This document shows, piece after piece, positions 1-13,770 of a DNA stretch of 26,719 nt. Below the pieces are notes generated by a model, which searched no databases, was not told the origin of the DNA, and was given only the letters and a program-made list of their open reading frames with translations. Positions within the stretch are counted from its first letter, which is position 1. Each line of letters begins with the position of its first letter. The DNA is from a virus (Duplodnaviria; Heunggongvirae; Uroviricota; Caudoviricetes). The stretch lies in the IMG/VR virus record IMGVR_UViG_2718217884_000004; one strand, 5' to 3'. A program made the translations under genes and the position numbers.

Positions 1-1284
1 TTACAGACTTCTGGAAGGTTGCGCAGCTCTTACAACACGCGGTTGATCTTCCGCGGCGTCTTCCAGCGCACTTAAATCACGGTCTTTCACTTCTGGCATT
101 TTCAGCGCAGAGATTAAACCAATCACTGAATATGCCATGATCATAATGGCGATCGGATACCAGGATTCCGTCATGGTGCAGAAAATACCCGCCAGGATAG
201 GACCAAAACCGGAAGCGATAAGACCACCAATTTCTTTAGAAATAGCCATCCGGGTAAAGCGGTTTTTACAGCCGAACATTTCTGCCATGGTAATATTTTC
301 CAGAGCAAATAATCCCAGCACCGCACAGTTATGAATCACAATCAGTGCAACCATAATGGTGCTCGGGGCATAGCTTTTATCTACGATGATAGAAAGCATT
401 GGCCATGCCAGCACAATCGCGGAGGTATTCATAATAATATACGGGATCCGGCGACCAATTTTATCGGATAACCAACCAAGGAACGGAATGGTCATAAAGC
501 CGAGAATCGAACTGATCATCAATGCATCTGTTGGAATTGCTTTGTTAAACAATAACGTCTGCACTAAATAGCCCGCAAGGAAAGTCTGAATTAAACCTGA
601 GTTACCCGCCTGACCAAAACGCAGCCCTGTTGCCAGCCAGAAGGATTTGCTCTGGAACATGCTACCAGCAGGTGCAGGTTTTGCTGTCGGTTGGTTGCTG
701 TCGTTAACCTTCTCAAAAACCGGGCTTTCTTTCAGATTCATACGCAACCAGATAGCAAAGACCATCACGACAACGCTCGCCAGGAACGGTATACGCCATC
801 CCCACGCCAGCAGTTCCTCTTTACTGAGAATGAAGAACATAAAGGCCCAGATTGCCGTTGCGCTTAAAGTTCCGCAGTTAGTTCCCATAGCCACAAATGA
901 GGAGATAATTCCGCGCTTACCTTTTGGCGCATATTCCGCCAGCATCGTACCGGCACCGGAAATTTCCGCACCTGCACCCAATCCCTGAATAATACGCAGC
1001 GTCACCAGCAAGATGGGGGCAAAAACACCAATCTGTGCATAGGTCGGTAACACACCAATTAAGGTGGTACAGATCCCCATCATGGTGATGGTAATAAAGA
1101 GCACTTTTTTACGCCCTATTCTGTCGCCCATTTTGCCGAAAATAAATGCTCCGACAATACGCGCCACATAACCTGCACCGTAGGTTCCCATTGCCAGAAT
1201 TAACGCCATTGCCGTTGATGATTCAGGAAAAAATATTTCATGAAACACTAACGCTGCGCCGAGCGAATATAACTGGAAATCCAT
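1..1284 (-). CDS. ydfJ: MHS-family MFS transporter (ShiA/YdfJ-like); ORF begins inside the conserved first transmembrane segment, so the N-terminus appears removed by prophage insertion
   Basis: 427-aa ORF from the track with multiple hydrophobic segments and the MFS loop motif GKMGDRIGRKKVL. It starts MDFQLYSLGAALVF, which aligns to the WYDFLLYG region of ShiA-type transporters about 30 residues into the protein. Stop codon at 1-3. Confidence 0.8.
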   Translation of the reverse strand: MDFQLYSLGAALVFHEIFFPESSTAMALILAMGTYGAGYVARIVGAFIFGKMGDRIGRKKVLFITITMMGICTTLIGVLPTYAQIGVFAPILLVTLRIIQGLGAGAEISGAGTMLAEYAPKGKRGIISSFVAMGTNCGTLSATAIWAFMFFILSKEELLAWGWRIPFLASVVVMVFAIWLRMNLKESPVFEKVNDSNQPTAKPAPAGSMFQSKSFWLATGLRFGQAGNSGLIQTFLAGYLVQTLLFNKAIPTDALMISSILGFMTIPFLGWLSDKIGRRIPYIIMNTSAIVLAWPMLSIIVDKSYAPSTIMVALIVIHNCAVLGLFALENITMAEMFGCKNRFTRMAISKEIGGLIASGFGPILAGIFCTMTESWYPIAIMIMAYSVIGLISALKMPEVKDRDLSALEDAAEDQPRVVRAAQPSRSL

Positions 1285-1888
1285 AATTCACAGGTGTTTT
1301 TTCCCATCCTGTGGTTTCCTTGGCGTTTTCTAGGTTTTTTCAGATAGTTGCATTTTTTAAAAAGCATCCTAAGTTCGATCTCAGTGTCTATCTGGGGCCT
1401 ATTTCTGTCCCATATATGCTCCAAAAAAAACTCCCCAACAGATAAGTAGTTTTTTCATGGATTTATGCGTAAAATCAAGAACGGCTGGAAATCATTCAAT
1501 ACTCACACTATCGAAAAATTTACCAGCCAACCGCAGCACGTTCTTGCATAAGGCGTGTCTGCGGTTTTTCAACTATTCAGATACATCACTCCCATCACAT
1601 TCATTCCTCCGCATCAAAGGCATATAGGCTATATCACCTTGATATTTTTATTTTTCAGATAAAAACTGTTATCTATGTATACTTTTAAACCCAATCCGTG
1701 TAGAGTCTCTGCATAAGATAGTTTGCAGTTGCCGCTTCAGCTTGCGCCATAAACCGCCTGATTTTTGCTGCCACCTGTTAGCATTCCTGTATACCTGAAA
1801 CGACAATGTTTATCTACGAACTTTAAGAACACCCAAGATAAAAATTGTCAACTATATCATATATAACACATTACTAATTCGAGGCTAT

Positions 1889-2002
1889 ATGAACAGCATA
1901 CTGATAATCACATCTCTCCTTATCATATTCAGCATTTTTAGTCATGCCCTAATAAAATTAGGGATTGGCATATCCAATAACCCAGACAAAACCGATGTAT
2001 AA
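1889..2002 (+). CDS. Candidate small hydrophobic protein, 37 aa ([37 protein letters not shown])
   Basis: Hand-translated ORF below the track's 60-aa cutoff. GAGG at 1881-1884 sits 4 nt before the ATG; one predicted transmembrane helix followed by a polar tail. No homology support. Confidence 0.3.
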
Positions 2003-2070
2003 GTCAACATATCCTGAATCAGACATACAATATCGCAATGAAAATCAATAATATTTTAAGGAATATCTTC

Positions 2071-2304
2071 ATGAAATCAAAAGACACCCTAAAGTGGTTC
2101 CCTGCGCAGCTTCCTGAAGTAAGAATTATCCTAGGGGATGCTGTAGTGGAAGTAGCAAAACAGGGAAGACCTATCAATACCAGAACATTGCTTGATTACA
2201 TTGAAGGAAACATAAAGAAAAAATCATGGCTGGATAACAAAGAATTATTACAAACAGCGATATCAGTTCTTAAAGACAACCAAAATTTAAATGGTAAAAT
2301 GTAA
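2071..2304 (+). CDS. ydfK: Cold-shock-induced prophage protein YdfK/YnaE family (77 aa from the internal Met; track ORF extends to 2038)
   Basis: Track ORF 2038..2304. Residues from M12 (MKSKDTLKWFPAQLPEV...) match my recollection of YdfK; AAGGA precedes this ATG. Confidence 0.7.
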   Translation: MKSKDTLKWFPAQLPEVRIILGDAVVEVAKQGRPINTRTLLDYIEGNIKKKSWLDNKELLQTAISVLKDNQNLNGKM

Positions 2305-2620
2305 TATAATAAACTTACTTTTTTATCATTTTTCCACTTTAACAACATTTTGCTCCACTTTTCCACGACCAAACAACTTGAAATCTGGTTAAAATAACAC
2401 GCAACACTATTCTTCTTCCTTGAGTCCGCCCGGAACTCGAAAAACAAACCGAGTTAAAGCCATTTTTCACAAAATCGATTTTGGGTCTCACCAAAATTAC
2501 GGGGTTGCATACGCATTCGTTTATTTTCGAACGTGTACATACAAATATGCACAAAAATAATCAAAATTATTTTCTGAGATGCATTATGATATGAACACCA
2601 ATTTCGTATAGAGTCTCACT

Positions 2621-3211
2621 ATGTCTCGAATTTTTGCTTACTGTCGGATATCAACGCTGGATCAGACCACCGAAAATCAACGCCGGGAAATCGAAAGTGC
2701 AGGTTTTAAAATCAAACCTCAGCAAATAATCGAAGAACACATTAGCGGCTCAGCAGCAACCAGTGAGCGTCCTGGTTTTAACCGGTTGCTTGCTCGCCTG
2801 AAATGTGGTGATCAATTGATTGTGACAAAACTGGATCGCCTTGGTTGTAATGCAATGGATATCAGGAAAACAGTGGAACAACTGACCGAAACAGGTATCA
2901 GAGTGCATTGCTTAGCATTGGGGGGCATTGACCTGACCAGTCCAACAGGAAAAATGATGATGCAAGTAATTTCAGCAGTCGCTGAATTTGAACGAGACCT
3001 TTTACTTGAACGCACTCATTCCGGGATAGTAAGAGCCCGGGGCGCAGGGAAACGTTTTGGTCGACCACCTGTGTTAAATGAAGAACAGAAACAGGTGGTA
3101 TTCGAACGAATTAAGTCAGGTGTAAGTATAAGTGCCATTGCCCGGGAATTCAAAACCTCGCGGCAAACCATTTTAAGAGCCAAAGCAAAACTTCAGACAC
3201 CTGACATATAA
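2621..3211 (+). CDS. pinQ: Serine recombinase, DNA invertase of the Pin/Gin/Hin family
   Basis: 196-aa ORF. N-terminal resolvase catalytic domain (YCRISTLDQ with the active-site Ser) and C-terminal HTH ([18 protein letters not shown]). Called pinQ rather than pinR from the ydfK/ydfJ context. Confidence 0.9.
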
Positions 3212-3308
3212 AAAATAATCTCGGTGTGAGATGCTTTACGTCTTCCAAGCCACCTTCCTTGCCGTAAATGGAAAGATACATCTAATTATAGAATTTATAT
3301 GTTTTACC

Positions 3309-3751
3309 CTACGGCAGTGCTGGCCATTCAATATCCTGTGCAGTTGACGTATCAACACGGTTCAGCAATACCCGATACTTTTTCCATGCTTCCAGCAACG
3401 AGATTTCTTCCTCCGTTGCAATTTCCAGATCTGCAGCATCCTGAAGCGGCGCAATATGCTCACTGGCTACCTGCATCAGGCTGTTTTTTGTTTCTTCCGC
3501 CTCCCGGATCCGGAACAGTTTTTCTGCTTCCGTATCCTTCACCCAGGCTGTGCCGTTCCACTTCTGATATTCCCCTCCCGGCGATAACCAGGTAACATTT
3601 TCCGGTAACGGACCGAGTTCAGAAATAAATAACGCGTCGCCGGAAGCCACATCATAAACCGTTTTACCCCGATGATCTTCAACGAGATGCCACGATGCCT
3701 CATCACTGTTGAAAACAGCCACGAAGCCTGCCGGAATATCTGGCGGTGCAA

Positions 3752-3752
<1 letters not shown>
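3309..3752 (-). pseudogene. tfaQ: Tail fibre assembly protein Tfa, 5'-truncated (C-terminal ~147 aa retained)
   Basis: From [42 protein letters not shown] to the C-terminus the translation matches lambda-type Tfa. The upstream 70 codons of the track ORF (3309..3962) are portal-gene DNA read out of frame. Confidence 0.7.
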
Positions 3753-6482
<2,730 letters not shown>

Positions 6483-6508
<26 letters not shown>

Positions 6509-7028
6509 TCAGCAACCCCGGTATCAGTTCATCCAGCGCGGCTGCTTTGTTCATGGCTTTGATGATATCCCGTTTCAGGAAATCAACATGTCGGTTTTCC
6601 AGTTCCGGAAAACGCCGCTGCACCGACAGGGGGATCCCGTCGAGAATACTGGCAATTTCACCTGCGATCCGCGACAGCACGAAAGTACAGAATGCGGTTT
6701 CCACCACTTCAGCGGAGTCTCTGGCATTTTTCAGCTCCTGTGCGTCGGCCTGCGCACGCGTAAGTCGATGGCGTTCGTACTCAATAGTCCCTGGCTGGAG
6801 ATCTGTCTCGCTGGCCTGCCGCAGTTCTTCAACTTCCCGGCGCAGCTTTTCGTTCTCAATTTCAGCATCCCTTTCGGCATACCATCTTATAACGGCGGCA
6901 GAGTCATAAAGCACCTCATTACCCTTGCCACCGCCTCGCAGAACGGGCATTCCCTGTTCCTGCCAGTTCTGAATGGTACGGATACTCGCACCGAAAATGT
7001 CAGCCAGCTGCTTTTTGTTGACTTCCAT
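6483..7028 (-). CDS. nohA: Terminase small subunit (Nu1 homologue)
   Basis: 181-aa ORF MEVNKKQLADIFGASIRTIQNWQEQGMPVLRGGGKGNEVLYDSAAV..., matching lambda Nu1 with its N-terminal winged HTH. Confidence 0.85.
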
Positions 7029-7205
7029 TGTTCATTCCACGGCCAAAAACAGAGAAAGGAAACGACAGAGGCCCAAAAGCTCGTTTTCAGCACCTGTCGT
7101 TTCCTTTCTTTTCAGGGGGTATTTTAAATAAAAACATTAAGTTACGACGAAGAAGAACGGAAATGCCTTAAACCGGAAAATTTTCATAAATAGCGAAAAC
7201 CCGCG

Positions 7206-7217
7206 AGGTCGCCGCCC
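7206..7217. other. cosN cohesive-end sequence within a lambda-type cos region (about 7030-7260)
   Basis: AGGTCGCCGCCC is the reverse complement of the lambda 12-nt cohesive end GGGCGGCGACCT. It lies about 180 bp upstream of the Nu1 start, the same spacing as in lambda, and the flanking sequence reads as near-identical to the lambda cos region from memory. Confidence 0.8.
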
Positions 7218-7416
7218 CGTAACCTGTCGGATCGCCGGAAAGGACCCACAAAATGATAATAATTATCATCTGCATGTCACAACGTGCATCTACGCAATCA
7301 AACCACGTCAAATAATCAATTATGACGCAGATATCGTATTAATTGATCTGCATCAACTTAACGTAAAAACAACTTCAGACAATACAAATCAGCGACACTG
7401 AATACGGGACAACCTC

Positions 7417-7650
7417 ATGTCAACGAAGAACAGAACCCGCAGAACAACAACCCGCAACATCCGCTTTCCTAACCAAATGATTGAACAAATTAACATCGCT
7501 CTTGAGCAAAAAGGGTCCGGGAATTTCTCAGCCTGGGTCATTGAAGCCTGCCGCCGGAGACTGTGCTCAGAAAAAAGAGTTTCTTCTGAAGCAAACAAAG
7601 AAAAGAGTGACATTACTGAATTGCTCAGAAAACAGGTCAGACCAGATTGA
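7417..7650 (+). CDS. ynfO: Small prophage protein, YnfO-like (77 aa), possibly ribbon-helix-helix
   Basis: Track ORF; Arg-rich N-terminus then NIRFPNQMIEQINIALEQKGSGNFSAWVIEACRRRL. Position and length fit YnfO of Qin. Confidence 0.5.
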   Translation: MSTKNRTRRTTTRNIRFPNQMIEQINIALEQKGSGNFSAWVIEACRRRLCSEKRVSSEANKEKSDITELLRKQVRPD

Positions 7651-7692
7651 AGCAATTTAGATAATCGTGCAGACTACGCCCCCTCATATCAC

Positions 7693-8118
7693 ATGGAAGG
7701 TTTATCTATGGATCAGGTAGTCATTTTTAAACAAATATTTGATAAAGTTCGAAACGATTTAAACTATCAATGGTTTTATTCTGAGCTAAAACGTCACAAT
7801 GTCTCACATTACATTTACTATTTAGCCACAGAGAATGTTCATATTGTATTAAAAAATGATAATACAGTGTTATTAAAGGGCCTAAAAAACATTGTGTCTG
7901 TCAAATTTTCAAAGGATAGGCATCTTATAGAAACGACCTCTAATAAGCTGAAATCCAGAGAGATCACATTTCAGGAATACAGAAGAAACCTTGCTAAAGC
8001 AGGAGTTTTTCGGTGGGTTACAAATATCCACGAACAAAAAAGATATTACTATACCTTTGATAATTCATTACTATTTACTGAAAGCATCCAGAAAACTACA
8101 CAGATCTTACCACGCTAA
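7693..8118 (+). CDS. ydfO: Prophage protein of the YdfO family (DUF1398-like), 141 aa
   Basis: Track ORF; length and position next to ynfO and gnsB fit Qin ydfO. Confidence 0.6.
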
Positions 8119-8269
8119 ACCATAACGTCCGGCTTCTCTCACTCCTGAGCCGGACTGCATTGGTTTAATAAAAACCATCAACAATTGTGATTTAGATATT
8201 CGGAACCATTCAAATATAACAAAACCCCGTAAAAACGAGGTTTATGGATAAATTTTATTATTGAATACA

Positions 8270-8443
8270 TCAGATTAAATTAATCTTGACATCATAGCTT
8301 TCAAGACCCGTCATTTTTTCCCGTGCGGTAAACTGAATACTGGTAACTTCTTTCCCGGTCTTTTTCTTAAGTTCAATAATTTTTTTTGTTATATATTCAG
8401 AAATATCTGCTTCTGCTTTTGTTTTTAAGTTTTCAATATTCAT
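8270..8443 (-). CDS. gnsB: GnsA/GnsB family protein (57 aa)
   Basis: Hand translation gives MNIENLKTKAEADISEYITKKIIELKKKTGKEVTSIQFTAREKMTGLESYDVKINLI. AAAGAGGAA precedes tandem ATG codons at 8444-8446 and 8441-8443. Confidence 0.8.
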   Translation of the reverse strand: MNIENLKTKAEADISEYITKKIIELKKKTGKEVTSIQFTAREKMTGLESYDVKINLI

Positions 8444-8614
8444 CATTTCCTCTTTTAGTCTGTTATGACTTTCCAGTTACACAGTAAGTCGATTATATGG
8501 TGCAAACGTGTAAAAGATAAGATGAAACATCGCAATAATCAACATACGATAGTCTAAATTTTACACAAACAGACAAAGAGAATTTTCCTGAATTATCAAT
8601 GCAATAGCATCAAA

Positions 8615-8770
8615 TCAACTCAAGAGCCTTATTGCTGCTTCCAGAATTTCTTCTGAAGTAACATGTCGATCCGCGGCTACATAAATGACTTTATGATCTC
8701 CGGTCAGAGATGGAAACCCTGCGGCCATTACAGTAAGGTGTGTTTTTTCGCCATTTGGATATTCACGCAT
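8615..8770 (-). CDS. ynfN: Cold-shock-induced small prophage protein YnfN (51 aa from the internal Met; track ORF starts at a GTG at 8806)
   Basis: MREYPNGEKTHLTVMAAGFPSLTGDHKVIYVAADRHVTSEEILEAAIRLLS, with GGAG upstream of this ATG. Confidence 0.6.
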   Translation of the reverse strand: MREYPNGEKTHLTVMAAGFPSLTGDHKVIYVAADRHVTSEEILEAAIRLLS

Positions 8771-9115
8771 GATGGTGTTAACTCCAGTCATCGCTGGCAC
8801 TACCACTGCTGGTTCAGAGTTAAAAAAACTATGATTTTTTTCATGATGTTACCGTAGTATGTGAGTATCCATCGAATAGACACCAAGCAAAAAAGCTCCC
8901 GAAGGAGCCTTCATTTTCACTTTTTTAAATCCAACGACAGACGGCTGGCATTTAAGTATTGTGAAATATTATCAAATGTAATCATCATTGATTTACAAAA
9001 GATACATTTTGCCCCGAAAGGATTCATGTCAGAAACATCAAAAGATGATGTTCTATACTGGGAACCATGACAACACGGGCATCTAAAGTGAATATGGTTT
9101 GTAATATTGTCTACC

Positions 9116-9328
9116 TCAAAGCGCCACTACATGAACAGCGGCAGGACCTTTAGGTCCGTTCTCAATACCAAATTCAACTTCCTGATTCTCAGTTAATGTT
9201 TTGAAATCGTTGCTCTGAATTGCTGAGAAATGGACAAACACATCTTTGCTGCCATCTTTCGGCGTGATGAAACCAAAACCTTTTTCAGGGTTAAACCATT
9301 TCACTAAACCAGTCATTTTGTTAGACAT
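9116..9328 (-). CDS. cspI: Cold shock protein, CspA family
   Basis: 70-aa [41 protein letters not shown]... with the RNP1/RNP2 motifs; long upstream leader typical of csp genes. Confidence 0.85.
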   Translation of the reverse strand: MSNKMTGLVKWFNPEKGFGFITPKDGSKDVFVHFSAIQSNDFKTLTENQEVEFGIENGPKGPAAVHVVAL

Positions 9329-9689
9329 AATTATTACCTTTTGAAGAAATTAGCCCTTGGGCAGAATGGTCCGAAAAAAATATCAGAGAGAAAAACCAAC
9401 AAGGAAATCTCAAGAGGTACAAATAATAAAATTATAACAATGACTGCTTCAGATAAATTTGTAACAAACCAGAACACCATTAACGCATGATTAACCACCC
9501 ATAGCAAGGATTACTTTTGTAAAGAAAAACACAGCAATGAAAGAATAGCTTTATTTATTAATAAAACGTGTCATTCTGATTAAGACCTTTTATCTTACCC
9601 TTAAGATTTCAGGAATTTTGGCTCATGGAAGAGTCCTTTTTATTTAAATTTTACATTCCGCGATGTAAATGTTCCGATTTAATATTACC

Positions 9690-10718
<1,029 letters not shown>

Positions 10719-10773
10719 GGATATTTATCAGGATGCTACCAATGAAAGATACTGGAAAGCCAACTGCAAAAAG

Positions 10774-11088
10774 CTAACAACCCGTAATCGAGTTATCTGA
10801 ACTGTTAATTTTTATGGTATACCGAGCCTCTGAACAGGGTCGCGTTTCTGGCAACAGCTCGTCCCCTTCACATAACCCGGCAGCAACATCCAGGAAGACC
10901 TGTCTGATGCTCCTTCTGGCTGCTGCCTCATAAAACTCCAGCGCGGCACCTTCAACATGGTCCAGCGAGATGTCCAGGTCAAAAATTTCACCGTCAAAGC
11001 GTTCTTTGTCCCGTAACGCTAAAGTTACCGTAACTTTATTCTCAAAATTGCGGATCCCTTTCACAATCAGTTCATATTTTTGAGTCAT
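10774..11088 (-). CDS. ydfR: Prophage protein of the YdfR family, unknown function, between holin and endolysin
   Basis: 104-aa track ORF; position within the lysis cassette as in Qin. Confidence 0.55.
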   Translation of the reverse strand: MTQKYELIVKGIRNFENKVTVTLALRDKERFDGEIFDLDISLDHVEGAALEFYEAAARRSIRQVFLDVAAGLCEGDELLPETRPCSEARYTIKINSSDNSITGC

Positions 11089-11092
11089 TGAA

Positions 11093-11308
11093 TTACTCTC
11101 CCCGTGCAGCCTTACGCTTGTCTTCTTTAATCTTGAAATAAAGGTTTGTCAGATACGTCAGCATGCCAAATACCAGACTACCCAATAAACCTATTGCCGC
11201 CCACTGTGAGGGCGTGACTTTATCGAGCAACTGTAAAAACCAGTAGCCAGCACTGCCTGCAGAGGTGCTGTAGGCGATGCCCGTTGTTAACTTATCCATG
11301 GATTTCAT
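11093..11308 (-). CDS. essQ: Class II holin of phage-21 S type (pinholin), dual-start motif MKSMDK
   Basis: 71 aa from the internal Met of track ORF 11093..11392: [71 protein letters not shown], with two TM segments and a charged C-terminus. Confidence 0.85.
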   Translation of the reverse strand: MKSMDKLTTGIAYSTSAGSAGYWFLQLLDKVTPSQWAAIGLLGSLVFGMLTYLTNLYFKIKEDKRKAARGE

Positions 11309-11498
11309 AGCCTCACCTCCGCAGATAACGGATGGTGTACACGGTTTGGTTCGAAGAAGGAAAGAAGTTACATTAGCGTAAGGCCCGAACATCTATTCAA
11401 AAAGAAAAACGCCAGCAATTATTCTGGCGTAGCTAAAAATATCGTATAATCTTACACTTCAAAAAATAACTTTATAAAATGCCATCACATCATATCTT

Positions 11499-12221
11499 CT
11501 AAGAAAATCTTGATAAATATTGGTGCGGAGGCACACCAAAATATCCTCTAAAAACACTTACAAAATATGATGCATTGTCATACCCGCATATTCCCGCCAC
11601 CTTGCCGACAGTATGGTTACTGTAGATCAATAATCTTTGCGCCATCATCATTCGTTCTTCAAGAATTAATTTACTAAACGATAATCCTTCGTCTTTTAAT
11701 TTTCTTTTTAACAAACTCTCGCTCATATATAATCTTGAAGATATATCACAAAGTCTCCATGACGCTGAGATATCCGAGTGAATAATAGCCTTAACTTTAC
11801 AACCTAAGCTATTAAGACTTCCGAACAAAAAACTTTGCACTATTTTCTCTGAAGATAAGACAGCAAGACATGCAAGTGATATTTGATTTCTAACTACATC
11901 CACGGTTTTGCTATCACAATTCAAGCATGCAACCAAGTTCTTTAACAATGAAAAATCTTCACATTCTACTATCAAGTATGACGGATAAAACCTTCTTACA
12001 GAAAAAGGTGAGAGTGTGTAGTTTTTAAAGAAATCATTAACTGTTTTCTCCTCAACATCTACGATCATTAGATGATCTGTATTTGACGAAAAAAGATCTT
12101 TTAAATTGTATTCAATGAGAACAGCATTTCCTTTTTTAAACAAAATATCTTCTTTACCAATTCGGACACCAAACGAGTTCAACACCAAAATGATAGAACA
12201 TATGTATGGCATATTATCCAC
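11499..12221 (-). CDS. AraC/XylS-family transcriptional regulator, AppY/GadX-like
   Basis: 240-aa ORF with a C-terminal AraC-type HTH (GICGYDNASYFVSVFRGYFGVPPHQY). The gene and its flanks are visibly AT-rich compared with the neighbouring phage genes. Confidence 0.8.
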   Translation of the reverse strand: MDNMPYICSIILVLNSFGVRIGKEDILFKKGNAVLIEYNLKDLFSSNTDHLMIVDVEEKTVNDFFKNYTLSPFSVRRFYPSYLIVECEDFSLLKNLVACLNCDSKTVDVVRNQISLACLAVLSSEKIVQSFLFGSLNSLGCKVKAIIHSDISASWRLCDISSRLYMSESLLKRKLKDEGLSFSKLILEERMMMAQRLLIYSNHTVGKVAGICGYDNASYFVSVFRGYFGVPPHQYLSRFS

Positions 12222-12618
12222 CTGATATCATTGGGGTTACACCAGGTAAGTATAGGTGGAAAATCAATATTCGCCAGTTCAACAATAAGGAAAATCTCAT
12301 TGCATCACAACTATAAAACCATGTGTTTAACTCACAAAAAACAAATCATTAAACTAATCTGTTATATTATAATAGCTGCGTGCAATAATAATATTATATG
12401 CTCTTAATATTCACTTGAAATATCTTCATATAAAAACAGATTGAATAAAATCTTTTGGGGCTGGTATGTTTACCAACATTAAATTGCATCTCAATGTTTT
12501 CTTTAGCGTGAACAGGATTTTTATAAAAACTGACACTATGAGCATCATAGCGTAGTTTTTACGATTGTAAATATCCTGCATACAGGAACTCATCACTTTC
12601 AGATGATATCGCATACAG

Positions 12619-13578
12619 TTAATTCACCATCAGTCTTAGAGCCAGTTCTTCCGGATAGGGATCGAAGTAATTCTGTGTAAGCAAGTAATCATTAGGATAC
12701 TCACCCAGATAATGCTTCAGCAGAGTCAACGGCGCAAGAAGAGGCAATGTGCCAAAGCGATAGTTAAGTATAACCTCGCTCAACTCTTTACGCTGGCGTG
12801 TACTTAAGTAATTACTAAAATACCCCTGTATATGCATCAGCACATTCGTGTGATTTTTACGTGATGCTGGTTTTCTGAGAATCGCCATCAGATTATCACG
12901 ATACACCTCAAAGTATGATTCAAGGTCCGCCCACTCGTGTATTGCAGCCACAAATGGTCCCATATCTTTATAGCCTGCCTGGCTATGCGCCAACAACTGA
13001 AGCTTATAACGACTATGAAAAGCTAATAACTCTCTTCTTGATAATTTCTCCTTGTAAAGGTGATTGAGCTCATGCAAAGCAAAAACTCTTTCAATAAAAT
13101 TCTCACGAAGCACTGGATCATGTAATCGCCCATCCTCTTCAACCGGTAGCCAGGAAAACTTTTCCATCAAAGTGCTCGTAAATAGTCCCACTCCATCTTT
13201 ACGACCTCGATTACCATTTTCATCATAGACACGCACGCGCTCCATGCCACAGCTGGGAGATTTAGCACAAACCACAAACCCCGATACATCCTTTAATTTG
13301 TCCATATAAGAACGACTAAACTCTGTCATTCTCTCTGTCACATCCTCATTCTGGTCGTGGCTGAAACACATCCGTATATTTCCTTGCTTCGAGCGCACAA
13401 GTCGTAGAGCAGGACGCGGAACTGGCAGCCCTATAGCCATTTCCGGACATACTGGTCTGAATGTTACCCATTCCACTAATTTGTCCATTAAAAAGTCATC
13501 TCTTTTGTGACCACCATCAAAACGAACAGCAGAACCGCCCAAACAACCGCTGATCCCAATCACAGGTTTTTTTATCAT
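12619..13578 (-). CDS. Two-domain protein: N-terminal DUF523 (TudS-like, putative Fe-S thiouracil desulfurase fold) fused to C-terminal DUF1722 (YbgA-like)
   Basis: 319-aa ORF with conserved Cys residues at GISGCLGG, FRPVCPE and CAKSPSCGME in the N-terminal half. Domain assignment is by recollection of family motifs, not by search. Confidence 0.65.
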   Translation of the reverse strand: MIKKPVIGISGCLGGSAVRFDGGHKRDDFLMDKLVEWVTFRPVCPEMAIGLPVPRPALRLVRSKQGNIRMCFSHDQNEDVTERMTEFSRSYMDKLKDVSGFVVCAKSPSCGMERVRVYDENGNRGRKDGVGLFTSTLMEKFSWLPVEEDGRLHDPVLRENFIERVFALHELNHLYKEKLSRRELLAFHSRYKLQLLAHSQAGYKDMGPFVAAIHEWADLESYFEVYRDNLMAILRKPASRKNHTNVLMHIQGYFSNYLSTRQRKELSEVILNYRFGTLPLLAPLTLLKHYLGEYPNDYLLTQNYFDPYPEELALRLMVN

Positions 13579-13770
13579 TTCCTCCCCCTTGACTAATTCA
13601 TTAACACATAAACTTTGTAGTGCACGGACTAAATTGCCTTTCTGGCTTCATCACTGACAATTTTTCTGTTATTGACTATTCCTAATATAGTAGGAAAGTT
13701 CTTTAAGTGATCGGTCGTACTCATCTATCTTTCATACTTACTCTCAACTATCAAAAGTACAGGATTTATT

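Noticed and set aside
2196-2554. Minus-strand ORFs of 83 and 71 aa in the ydfK-pinQ interval
   Set aside because: One overlaps ydfK on the opposite strand, the other lies in the AT-rich promoter region of pinQ; no RBS or homology.
3212-3308. Candidate invertase crossover site between pinQ and the tfa remnant
   Set aside because: No sequence with the AAACC-NN-GGTTT core or 12-bp inverted half-sites could be found here.
6588-7127. 179-aa plus-strand ORF over the Nu1 gene and cos
   Set aside because: Antisense to Nu1 and extends across the noncoding cos region.
8128-8154. Hairpin TCCGGCT...AGCCGGA after ydfO as a possible terminator
   Set aside because: Good stem but no following U-run, so not called as a terminator.
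12426-12614. 62-aa minus-strand ORF between the DUF523/DUF1722 gene and the AraC regulator gene
   Set aside because: AT-rich intergenic promoter region; translation is low-complexity, more likely regulatory DNA than a gene.
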